A stretch of DNA of 64,000 nt from the NCBI GenBank assembly GCA_964291415.2, contig OZ219920.1, positions 928,001 to 992,000 on the forward strand, written 5' to 3'. The translations under genes and the position numbers were made by a program. Of the stretch, positions 9,707 through 18,573 are shown in pieces (the first letter of the stretch is position 1; each line of letters begins with the position of its first letter). The notes beneath the pieces were generated by a model, which had not been told where the DNA came from, ran no database searches, and saw only the letters and a list, made by a program, of their open reading frames with translations. The DNA is from Alphaproteobacteria bacterium. GTDB lineage: Bacteria; Pseudomonadota; Alphaproteobacteria; SP197.

Positions 9707-10546
9707 ATGAAGAAGGTCACGATTTTCGGACTGTCGCTTTCCTTGCCGCTCCTCCTCTGGCAACTTCTGTTCTTTGCCTTTCCACTCATCTTTCTCGTAG
9801 CCCTCAGTTTCTGGGTCGTCGAGAACTACCGGATGGTCCCGGACTTCGACGGCGTCAACTGGACCAAGATGTTCAGCCGTGACGTGTTCTGGGACACCTA
9901 CCTGCGAACGCTTGCGCTGGCAGCCGGCGCCTCGGTGCTTGTCAGCATCCTGGCGTTTCCCTGCTCCTACGGCATTGCCTTCAAGTTGTCGGCGAACCTG
10001 CGACGGCTGGCCATTTTCCTGATGGTCATTCCGTTCTTCACCAGCTACCTGGTACGCGTCTACTCCTGGCAGATTTTCCTGAGCGACAACGGAATCTTCA
10101 ACGCGGCCTTCGGCCTCCTGGGAATGGGGCCGTTCACCATGCTGAACACGGATTTCGGCACGATGGTAGGCTACCTGACCCTTTGTTTGCCGCTCGTTGT
10201 GCTCCTCCAGGTGTTCGGCCTGATGTTTGTCGACCGCACCTTGATCGAGGCGGCGCACAACCTGCGCTGCGGACGTCTCAGGACGGTTTTCCTCGTTGTC
10301 ATACCGTCGGCCAGGGTGGGCCTGGTGATTGCCGCGCTGTTCTGCTTCATCCTGACGTTCGGGGACTTTGTCGGTCCGCTCTATCTCGGAGGAGGCAAGC
10401 CGCCGACGCTCAGCATCATGATCACCGATACAACCAAGGCCGGCCAGCAATGGCCGCGGGCGGCGGTCATCGCGATCGTCATGATCGCAACGCTTCTGGT
10501 CGTCGCCTTTTCGGCGATCGGCTATGCCTACAGAAAGAGAGCATGA
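9707..10546 (+). CDS. Polyamine-type ABC permease (PotB family)
   Basis: IPFFTSYLVRVYSW, EAA loop LIEAAHNL, FGDFV.P.YLGG and WPRAA. Confidence 0.92.
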   Translation: MKKVTIFGLSLSLPLLLWQLLFFAFPLIFLVALSFWVVENYRMVPDFDGVNWTKMFSRDVFWDTYLRTLALAAGASVLVSILAFPCSYGIAFKLSANLRRLAIFLMVIPFFTSYLVRVYSWQIFLSDNGIFNAAFGLLGMGPFTMLNTDFGTMVGYLTLCLPLVVLLQVFGLMFVDRTLIEAAHNLRCGRLRTVFLVVIPSARVGLVIAALFCFILTFGDFVGPLYLGGGKPPTLSIMITDTTKAGQQWPRAAVIAIVMIATLLVVAFSAIGYAYRKRA

Positions 10547-11343
10547 ACCGGAACTGGATCATCGACTGGAGTTTGCGCGCCTACGTCATCCTGGCACTCG
10601 CCTTCGTGTTCGCGCCGATCGCGGCAAGCTTCGTCTTTTCCTTCAACGCCGACCGCTTCCCGTCGCTCCCCCTGGGGGGCTTCAGCCTGCGATGGTACGA
10701 GGCCATTGCGGAAGATCCCCTGGTCTGGGAAGGCTTGCGCAACAGCCTGGTCGTCGGCATCTGCGCCTCGCTGCTCTCGACCGCGCTCGGTTTTGCGGCA
10801 GCCTACACCGACTTCAGATACAGGTTCTTCGGCAAGCCCCTGTATCTCGCCCTTGCATTGCTGCCGCCCACGATTCCCGTGGTGATCATGGGCCTGGCGA
10901 TGCTCGCGTTTCTGTCGCGCGTCTCTCTTTCGGGTGAAACTCATTCCGTGATCATCAGCCATGTCGTCATGTGCAGCCCCTTCGCAATGGCCATCATCCG
11001 TTTGAGACTCTCGCAGATGGATCCAAGTCTCGAAGCGGCCGCCTGGAACCTGGGAGCCGGCGAGTGGCGTGCCATGTTCCATGTCATCGTGCCCTTTGCG
11101 CGCCCGGCGATCTTCGCCGCCCTGTTCATCACCATGGCCGTGTCGTTCGACGAGTTCGCGGTGGCCTGGTTCGTTTCGGGACTGAACGAAACGCTCCCGG
11201 TTCGCATCCTGGGATTCCTTCAGGGTCAAGTCAGTCCGCGGATCAACGCCATCGGGACGATCGTGTTCCTGACGTCAATGACGCTGGTCATCCTCGCGCA
11301 GGTTCTGTTGATGAGTCGCCAGGGCCGAGTCGAGGAAACCTGA
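10543..11343 (+). CDS. Polyamine-type ABC permease (PotC family)
   Basis: FSFN, GFSLRWY, LEAAAWNLGA, SFDEF, TLPV and SPRINA. ATGA overlap with the PotB-like gene. Confidence 0.92.
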   Translation: MNRNWIIDWSLRAYVILALAFVFAPIAASFVFSFNADRFPSLPLGGFSLRWYEAIAEDPLVWEGLRNSLVVGICASLLSTALGFAAAYTDFRYRFFGKPLYLALALLPPTIPVVIMGLAMLAFLSRVSLSGETHSVIISHVVMCSPFAMAIIRLRLSQMDPSLEAAAWNLGAGEWRAMFHVIVPFARPAIFAALFITMAVSFDEFAVAWFVSGLNETLPVRILGFLQGQVSPRINAIGTIVFLTSMTLVILAQVLLMSRQGRVEET

Positions 11344-11354
11344 GGGGGTTCGCA

Positions 11355-12446
11355 GTGGCAGAAGCGCTGGTCGTTTTCGACAATGTCGAGAAGAGGTTTG
11401 GCGACACCATCGCCGTGGACCGCATGAATCTGGACATCCGCAAGGGCGAGTTTCTGGTGATCATGGGCTCCAGCGGGTGCGGAAAGACCACGACGCTGCG
11501 CATGCTCGCCGGTCTCGAAGCTCCGACACGAGGCGAGATCCGCCTGGAGGGCCGGCGGATCAACGATCTGACGACATGGCAACGGGACACGCCGATGGTC
11601 TGGCAGAGCCTGGCGCTCTTTCCCTTTCTCAATGTCCTCCAAAACGTCGAGTTCGGCCTGAAAATGCGCGGCATGGACAGGGCCAGGCGCCGCGCAAAGG
11701 CCATGGAATGGCTTGACCGCATGGGGATCGCCGAGTTTGCCAGGCGCGACATCAGCCAGCTGTCGGGCGGCCAGCGCCAACGTGTCGCATTGGCGCGCTC
11801 GCTCGTGACCGAGCCCGAGATCCTGCTCCTGGACGAGCCCCTGAGTTCACTGGACGCGCACTTGAAGGTCCGCATGCAGGCCATCCTCTCGAACCTCCAG
11901 AAGGAACTCGGAATCACCTTTGTCTACGTGACGCACAGTCAGTCGGAGGCCTTTGCCATGGGCGACCGGATCGTGATCATGAGTCGTGGCCGGATCGAGC
12001 AGATTGGCGCGCCAGTCGAGATCTACCGTACGCCATACAACCATTTCGTTGCGGAGTTCCTGGGTTCCTCGAACATCTTCCAGGGCCGCGTGGCTTGCGA
12101 GGATGGCGGTCTTCTCTCGATCGAGACAGGTCAGGGGACGTTCCATGTGAACGCCAGCGGAGCGGACGGGAGACAAGAAGGAGCCTCGACGACGTTCGTG
12201 GTCGGCAATGACCGCGTGGTCCTCTCCGAGGAGCAGCCGGCTGACGCACGGAACGTTCTGGAAGGCAGGGTGATCGGAGAGGAGTTTGTCGGCGCTACGG
12301 TCACGATCCACATCGAAACCGACGATGGCCAGGACATCAGGGCGCAGAAGAGCCACGACGAGATCGCGCATCTCAACACCGATGTGGGCACGCGGATCTT
12401 CGCGTCGTGGCTGCCGGAGAGCGCCTATGTCCTGCCAGGAGAATAG
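11355..12446 (+). CDS. Polyamine-type ABC ATPase (PotA family)
   Basis: GSSGCGKTT, LSGGQRQRVALAR, LLLDEPL, YVTHSQ and a C-terminal TOBE-like region. GTG start after GAGGGGG. Confidence 0.93.
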   Translation: MAEALVVFDNVEKRFGDTIAVDRMNLDIRKGEFLVIMGSSGCGKTTTLRMLAGLEAPTRGEIRLEGRRINDLTTWQRDTPMVWQSLALFPFLNVLQNVEFGLKMRGMDRARRRAKAMEWLDRMGIAEFARRDISQLSGGQRQRVALARSLVTEPEILLLDEPLSSLDAHLKVRMQAILSNLQKELGITFVYVTHSQSEAFAMGDRIVIMSRGRIEQIGAPVEIYRTPYNHFVAEFLGSSNIFQGRVACEDGGLLSIETGQGTFHVNASGADGRQEGASTTFVVGNDRVVLSEEQPADARNVLEGRVIGEEFVGATVTIHIETDDGQDIRAQKSHDEIAHLNTDVGTRIFASWLPESAYVLPGE

Positions 12447-12523
12447 GCGATAGACTTGTCCGAAGACGAGACGGGCACAGCGGCGAAGGCTGTGCACTGC
12501 GTGCCCGAACGGGAGAAGCACCG

Positions 12524-12967
12524 ATGACCGTGACGAGAACAGGGCGCTGCATGTGTGGCGTCGTACGCTTCGAGGCGAAGGACGAGCCCTTCGACGTGAC
12601 CCATTGCCACTGTCACAGCTGCCGCAAGCACAACGGTGCTGCGGTGGTGACGCTTGCCGGTTACCGGGCCGAGCAGGTTGCCTTCAGCGGTGCGGAGCGC
12701 AGGCATTACCAATCGTCACCCGGTGTGCTTCGCGGGTTCTGCGGCGATTGCGGCACGCCGCTGACCTGGGAAGGCGACGGTGGCGACCTTGGTCCGATCA
12801 TCGAGTTCCACATCAGCACGTTCGACGAGCCCGAATCCCTGGTTCCGACGGCCCATGCCTTCGAACCCGAGCGCATCGCGTGGATGGAGGTCGCCGACGA
12901 TCTGCCGCGCTACGCGGGATTCGTCGGCGAGAGTGCGCCGCTCAGACACGGGCCGGCGACGGGCTGA
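12524..12967 (+). CDS. GFA/CENP-V family zinc protein
   Basis: GRCMCGVVRF, CHCHSCRK and RGFCGDCGTPL cysteine pattern. Confidence 0.9.
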   Translation: MTVTRTGRCMCGVVRFEAKDEPFDVTHCHCHSCRKHNGAAVVTLAGYRAEQVAFSGAERRHYQSSPGVLRGFCGDCGTPLTWEGDGGDLGPIIEFHISTFDEPESLVPTAHAFEPERIAWMEVADDLPRYAGFVGESAPLRHGPATG

Positions 12968-13369
12968 GACGGCGTTCAGGAATCCGGCACCTCGCGTGGT
13001 CTTGCGAGGTGCTGGCAAGGAGCGCTTCTCCGGTACAATCGATCCCGGCCTTGATGGCTGACCGTCATCGAGGGGATCCGGCACGACTCACGCGCCATGC
13101 GCGTCGCGCCCGCTGGAGTTCACCAACTCCCGGACAGAACCTGGCAGCCAGCGTCTGCAAGCGCACAGCTGGCGGACACCTCCTCGATGGCCATGTGCCG
13201 GCGGAGTGAAGGGGATGGAGTGACCTGCGTTCCGGTTCAGGGATGTTCGCCCTGGCGTCTGCTGCGTCTGCCGGCACGGAACAAGGGGCGCAATTTCCTC
13301 CTTGTCTTGCGACGAGACCTGCATGCAATACTGCGCGTCGTCCGCGAGGTGGCGTGAAGAGGCGAGTTC

Positions 13370-14164
13370 ATGACAACCCAGTATTCGGCAAATGTGGTCG
13401 AAGGCATGCAGGCGCTCTATGGCAAGGGGTTCCTGTCGCCTGGCGGTGCCGAGGAAATGGCCGTCCTGCTCGAGGGCGTCGACCTTTCCGGCCGAACCGT
13501 GCTCGATATCGGTTGTGGTCTTGGCGGTGCGGCCGTCATGCTGGCCGGCTCCTTCGGCGCCCGTCACGTGACATCGATCGATGTTGCCGGGGATCTCGTC
13601 GAGCGGGCCCGCGAGGCGATCCGCGAAGCCGGGCTTGCCGGGAAGATCACAACGCATCACGTCACTCCGGGACCGTTGCCGTTTGAAGATGCCGCCTTCG
13701 ACACCGTGTTTGCCAAGGACGTCGTCTGTCACATTCCCGACAAGGCCGCCCTCTTTGGCGAGGTGGCGCGCGTACTGGCTCCGGGAGGACAGGTGATCTG
13801 CGCCGACTTCACGGTTCCTTCGGGTCCCGAAGCGGCGCCACACCTCTACACGGCCTGGATCGATGCCATGAAGGCCTACGGCCTCACCTTTCACTTCGAG
13901 ACTCTCACCCTTTACGAGGAGGCGTTCGGCCGGGCGGGTCTGGGCACTCCGCGCGTGAAGGACGACACGGCGCGGTCCCTCGACGCGGCGCGTCGGGAAG
14001 TGGCATGGGTGCGAGGGCCGAATGCCGGGATCCTGAGGGAGGCCCTGGGTGAAGAGATGTTTGCCAGGCGCATTGACGCGAGTATGCGACGCCGTGATGC
14101 CCTCGCCGGCGGCGGCGTCCATCACACACACATGCTGGCCAATCGCCTGGCAGGGACGGGCTGA
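13370..14164 (+). CDS. Class I SAM-dependent methyltransferase (phosphoethanolamine/sarcosine N-methyltransferase-like)
   Basis: YGKGFLSPGG, VLDIGCGLGG, LPFEDAAFD and RVLAPGG. Confidence 0.88.
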   Translation: MTTQYSANVVEGMQALYGKGFLSPGGAEEMAVLLEGVDLSGRTVLDIGCGLGGAAVMLAGSFGARHVTSIDVAGDLVERAREAIREAGLAGKITTHHVTPGPLPFEDAAFDTVFAKDVVCHIPDKAALFGEVARVLAPGGQVICADFTVPSGPEAAPHLYTAWIDAMKAYGLTFHFETLTLYEEAFGRAGLGTPRVKDDTARSLDAARREVAWVRGPNAGILREALGEEMFARRIDASMRRRDALAGGGVHHTHMLANRLAGTG

Positions 14165-14314
14165 AGCCGCAAGTTCACTCTGCAATGGACGATCGAGCGA
14201 CGTGCCTTCTTCCCGTACCATCCTTCGATCAGTGATCCCCGGCCACCACGTCGCTTCAGGATTGCGCCCGGCACCAGGTGTGACGGACAACCCCGACAGT
14301 GAAGGAAGAGCGAC

Positions 14315-15196
14315 ATGACAAGAAGGTTTCTCGACCGCGCACGTGTGGACGCCTACCACGAGCGGGGCTATCTCTTCCCCGTCCCGGCAATCTCACCCGC
14401 CGAGGCGAGTGATCTGCGTCAGGAGACCGAAGACCTGCTCGATCGTACCCGCGATCAGCCCCATGTCTTCCAGTACACCTTCAATGTTCCCCATCTCGTG
14501 TTGCCCGGGATTCATGCACTGGCGAGAGACAGCCGCGTTCTCGATCCCGTCGAGTCGCTGATGGGTCCCGATCTCCTCCTGTGGAGCGCCAGTTTCTTCA
14601 TCAAGGAACCCCGCACGACGGATTTCGTCGGCTGGCACCAGGATCTTCGCTACTGGGGTCTCGATGACGACTCACGGGAAATCACGGCCTGGATCGCGCT
14701 GGGCGAGGTGACCCGCGACAATGGCGCCATGCGGTTCATGCCGGGATCCCACCGCCACGGCATGGTGGAACACCGGGACACCTGGCGGGAGTCGAACCAG
14801 CTCTCGAGAGGGCAGGAACTGGCGGTCGACGTTGACGAGGAACAGGCGGTCGACGTGGAGCTGAAGTCCGGCGAGATGTCGCTTCACCACGGCAGCCTCT
14901 ATCATTCCTCTCCGGCGAACTGCTCGCCATCGAGGCGGATCGGCCTGGCCCTGCGCTTCATCACGCCGGAAATGAAGCAGGTGGTGGGCGAGGTCGACTA
15001 TGCGACGCTTGTCCGGGGCGAGGACCGGTTCGAACATTTCAGGCCCGAGCCCGAACCCGTCTTCGACCTTGACCCGGCAGGTCTTCGTCCGATTGACACC
15101 ATGCTGCGCGAGATGAACGCCTTCTACTTTGCCGGAGCCGAGGAGAGGGCGCCCGAGTTCGGCGTCCGCCATGTGCGCAACCCGCAGGATTCCTGA
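14315..15196 (+). CDS. Phytanoyl-CoA dioxygenase (PhyH) family Fe(II)/2OG oxygenase
   Basis: FFIKEP, WHQD (HxD), TAWIAL, NGAM.F.PGSH and LYHSS.AN...RR. Confidence 0.92.
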   Translation: MTRRFLDRARVDAYHERGYLFPVPAISPAEASDLRQETEDLLDRTRDQPHVFQYTFNVPHLVLPGIHALARDSRVLDPVESLMGPDLLLWSASFFIKEPRTTDFVGWHQDLRYWGLDDDSREITAWIALGEVTRDNGAMRFMPGSHRHGMVEHRDTWRESNQLSRGQELAVDVDEEQAVDVELKSGEMSLHHGSLYHSSPANCSPSRRIGLALRFITPEMKQVVGEVDYATLVRGEDRFEHFRPEPEPVFDLDPAGLRPIDTMLREMNAFYFAGAEERAPEFGVRHVRNPQDS

Positions 15197-15669
15197 TGCC
15201 CGACGATGCCGCCTTCATGCGCCGGGCCATCGCCCTTGCCGATGCCAGCGTGACGACGCTTGAGGGTGGTCCCTTCGGCGCCGTCATCGTGCGCGATGGC
15301 CGGATCGTTGGCGAAGGCGCCAATCGCGTGACCACCGATCATGATCCCACGGCCCATGCGGAGATTGTCGCCATCCGTGACGCCTGTCGCACACTCTCCA
15401 GCTTTTCCCTGGAAGGGTGTGTCATCTATACGAGCTGCGAGCCCTGTCCGATGTGCCTCGCTGCCATCTACTGGGCGCGGCTTTCCCGAATAGTCTATGG
15501 CAACACCAGGGAGGATGCGGCCCGGATCGGTTTCGACGACGACCTCATCTACCGCGAGGTGGCGCTGGCCATGGCCCAGCGATCCGTTCCCGCCCGCCGG
15601 CTGCTGGCGAACGAAGCGATTGCCACGTTCGACGCCTGGAGCCGAACGGCCGGCAGGATTCCCTATTGA
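15196..15669 (+). CDS. guaD: Guanine deaminase (cytidine-deaminase superfamily, GuaD type)
   Basis: GGPFGAVIV, DPTAHAE, SCEPCPMCLAAIYWA, GFDD and the C-terminal Tyr (IPY) typical of this type. TGATG coupling to the PhyH gene. Confidence 0.85.
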   Translation: MPDDAAFMRRAIALADASVTTLEGGPFGAVIVRDGRIVGEGANRVTTDHDPTAHAEIVAIRDACRTLSSFSLEGCVIYTSCEPCPMCLAAIYWARLSRIVYGNTREDAARIGFDDDLIYREVALAMAQRSVPARRLLANEAIATFDAWSRTAGRIPY

Positions 15670-15765
15670 TCGTGGCTGCCGGCGGTGCCGCGGACCGGGA
15701 CTTGCGAATTCGCCATCGATAGGTTCAAAGTAGGACCGTTCAGCAGACGCCTTGCGAGGGATCAG

Positions 15766-17007
15766 ATGGAAGGGCTTGGAACCCGATCGGCCTGGGTGCC
15801 GTCTCTGGAGATCACCAGTGGACAAGCGGAGCCGGTGGCCGCCAATGGCGGTCTCTCCTTTGCATCATTTGAGCGTGATGGCGATGCGGGGACCCGGGCG
15901 GCAATCGATGCTGCGCTCGAACAGATCGCCCGGGGTCACGTCGACGATTTCATCCGTTGGATCGACGATGCGCCCCCAGGGCCCGTGGAAACAAGCTGGG
16001 GAACCGGGTTCCGCACCTGGGACGAGTGCATGGACCACATTCGCGCCAGCCGCATGGAGGCACCCGATGGCGGGGTGGTGCTGCCGTTGCGCTACACCGT
16101 CTACGAACACCCGTCCTATTCCGTCGTGTCGTCGAACTCTCTCTGGCAGAATTCGGCGCGGCGCCGAGAAGCAGACCTGTTGCGCCAGGCGGAAGAGAAC
16201 ATCTGGCGGAGTTCCCTCTATTTTCCCCAGGTGGTACGCGATGCCCGCAGGATCGAGGAAACCGCTGCGGGTCTGTCGGTGACCACGCCCGAGTGCATGG
16301 ACAGGCTGGGGGTCTCCCTGGCCCACCTCGACTCCAGCTGCACCGACTTCTACGACGCAGCGGAAGTGGAGCGCGTCTTCTATCCGGAAATCGAGCAGCT
16401 TCTCCTGGATTTCTTTCCTGGCGCCTCCGATGCCCTCGTCTACAATCACGACATCTTCAACCGGGACTACGACGGCCCGGTCAGGGAGGATCAGGAAGCG
16501 AAGAACCCCGGAGTCAACACCGGGTATATCAATTTCGTGCACAACGATCTCAACGACAATTCCGGGCGCGTGCGATGCCGGGAACTGCTGACGCAGAATC
16601 TGCGGAATTTCGGACGCGAGCAGCATTACACCGAGGCCGAAGCCGATGCCAAGATGTCGCGCCGGTTCATGTCGATCAATCTCGCCAAGCCCTTCGAGAC
16701 CGTCGAGCAGTACCCCTTCATCCTGTGTGCCTGGCCTTCCTTCGCCGATCAGCCCTACATCACGAACTACCGCATCTATGATGATCGCGTCGGTGAGACC
16801 ACCGTGTTCACCTACCGCCCGGACCATGATTGGTACTGGTTTCCACGCCAGCAGCCCAACGAGATTTCCATGCTGAAGTGTTACGATTCCATCACCGACG
16901 GATCCGTTTCCAGGTGGTCCTTCCACTCAGCCTGCTTCGATCCCGGCGCACCCTCCGACGCACCCTGCCGCAAGAACATCGTGGTCCGCTCGTACGTGTT
17001 CTTCTGA
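15766..17007 (+). CDS. CmcJ/NvfI/AsaB-family putative Fe(II)/2OG oxidoreductase, copy 1
   Basis: DFYD..EVERVFYPEIE.LL, VHND (HxD), Y.P.H.WYWFP.Q.P.E...LKCYDS, SFHSA.FDP..P..AP.RKNIVVR. 413 aa. Confidence 0.8.
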   Translation: MEGLGTRSAWVPSLEITSGQAEPVAANGGLSFASFERDGDAGTRAAIDAALEQIARGHVDDFIRWIDDAPPGPVETSWGTGFRTWDECMDHIRASRMEAPDGGVVLPLRYTVYEHPSYSVVSSNSLWQNSARRREADLLRQAEENIWRSSLYFPQVVRDARRIEETAAGLSVTTPECMDRLGVSLAHLDSSCTDFYDAAEVERVFYPEIEQLLLDFFPGASDALVYNHDIFNRDYDGPVREDQEAKNPGVNTGYINFVHNDLNDNSGRVRCRELLTQNLRNFGREQHYTEAEADAKMSRRFMSINLAKPFETVEQYPFILCAWPSFADQPYITNYRIYDDRVGETTVFTYRPDHDWYWFPRQQPNEISMLKCYDSITDGSVSRWSFHSACFDPGAPSDAPCRKNIVVRSYVFF

Positions 17008-17029
17008 ACGGTTCATAGCAGAAGCAACA

Positions 17030-17207
17030 CGGTTCCAGCCTCTACTCGTGCCGTCATCGGTGGCGGTGGTGGGAGCGCCGCCGCGCGAATACGCGGCGGG
17101 ACGCAGTGTTCTCGAGGCATTCCGCGAACTGGGTCTTGATGGACCGGTTTGGCCGGTCAGCCCTGCCATCCGTCTCTGGCAGGCATGACGGATCCGGTCG
17201 ATCCTGC
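17030..17207 (+). pseudogene. Decayed copy of the 5' end of the downstream acyl-CoA ligase gene
   Basis: cggttccagcctctactcgtgccgtcatcggtggcggtggtgggagcg...ctgccatccgtctctggcag aligns with 18601-18806, with substitutions and deletions and no start codon. Confidence 0.85.
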
Positions 17208-17318
17208 TGTACTCCCTATTGGCCCCCGCTCCTGGCGGTGGAGTCGCCCGGGACTTGCGAATCTGCCTTCGATGGGTTCAAAGTAAGGCCAAGCGGCAGA
17301 CGCCTTGCGAGGAACCGG

Positions 17319-18557
17319 ATGGAAGGACTTGGAACCCGGACGGCCTGGGTGCCGTCTCTGGAGATCACCAGCGGACAGTCGGAGCCGGTGGCAGCCAACG
17401 GCGGTCTCTCCTTTGCGTCATTCGAGCGCGATGGCGATGCGGGGACCGGTGCGGCGCTCGACGCCGCGCTTGAACAGATTGCCCTGGGCCATGTCGACGA
17501 TTTCATTCGCTGGATCGACGATGCGCCCCCTGGTCCTGTGGAAACCAGGCGGGGAACCGGTTTCCGCACCTGGGATGAGTGCATGGAGCACATTCGCGCC
17601 AGCGGCATGGAAGCACCCGAGGGCGGAGTGGTGCTGCCGTTGCGCTACACAGTCTACGAGCATCCGTCCTATTCCGTCGTGTCGTCGAATCACCTTTGGC
17701 AGGATCCGACGCGGCGAAAGGAAGCAGACCTGTTGCGCCAGGCGGAAGAGAATCTCTGGAAGCGTTCGCTCTATTTCCCCCAGGTGGTACGCGATGCCCG
17801 CAGGATCAAGGAAACCGCAGGCGTTTCGGTGACCACGCCCGAGAGTATGGACAGGCTCGGCGTCTCCCTGGCGCACCTCGACTCCACTTGCACCGACTTC
17901 TACGACGCAGCGGAAGTGGAGCGCGTCTTCTATCCGGAAATCGAGAAGCTTCTCCTGGATTTCTTTCCTGGTGCCACCGACGCACTCGTCTACAACCATG
18001 ACATCTTCAACCGGGACTACGATGGCCCGGTCAGGGAAAACCAGAAGGCCAAGGATCCGGGAGTCAACACCGGATATGTCAATCTCGTCCACAATGATCT
18101 CAACGACAATTCCGGACGCGTGCGATGCCGCGAACTTCTGACGCAGAACCTGCGGAACTTCGGACGCGAGCAGCACTACACCGAGGCCGAGGCCGATGCC
18201 AAGATGTCTCGCCGGTTCATGTCGATCAATCTCGCCAAACCCTTCGAGACCGTCCAGCAGTACCCCTTCATCCTGTGCGCCTGGCCTTCCTTCGCCGATC
18301 AGCCCTACATCACGAACTACCGCATCTATGACGACCGCGTCGGAGAGACCACACGGTTCACCTATCGCCCGGACCACGAGTGGTACTGGTTTCCACGCCA
18401 GCAGCCCAACGAGATTTCCATGCTGAAGTGCTACGATTCCATCACCGATGGATCCGTTTCCAGGTGGTCATTCCACTCCGCCTGCTTCGATCCCAGCACG
18501 CCCCCCGAGGCGCCCTGCCGCAAGAACATCGTGGTCCGCACATACGTGTTCTTCTGA
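17319..18557 (+). CDS. CmcJ/NvfI/AsaB-family putative Fe(II)/2OG oxidoreductase, copy 2
   Basis: Close paralog of 15766-17007, 412 aa (one codon shorter), with the same motifs. Confidence 0.8.
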   Translation: MEGLGTRTAWVPSLEITSGQSEPVAANGGLSFASFERDGDAGTGAALDAALEQIALGHVDDFIRWIDDAPPGPVETRRGTGFRTWDECMEHIRASGMEAPEGGVVLPLRYTVYEHPSYSVVSSNHLWQDPTRRKEADLLRQAEENLWKRSLYFPQVVRDARRIKETAGVSVTTPESMDRLGVSLAHLDSTCTDFYDAAEVERVFYPEIEKLLLDFFPGATDALVYNHDIFNRDYDGPVRENQKAKDPGVNTGYVNLVHNDLNDNSGRVRCRELLTQNLRNFGREQHYTEAEADAKMSRRFMSINLAKPFETVQQYPFILCAWPSFADQPYITNYRIYDDRVGETTRFTYRPDHEWYWFPRQQPNEISMLKCYDSITDGSVSRWSFHSACFDPSTPPEAPCRKNIVVRTYVFF

Positions 18558-18573
18558 ACGGTTCGTTGCCCAC

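Noticed and set aside
12970-13360. Small ORFs between gfa and the methyltransferase
   Set aside because: No consistent coding frame or motif, so treated as intergenic.
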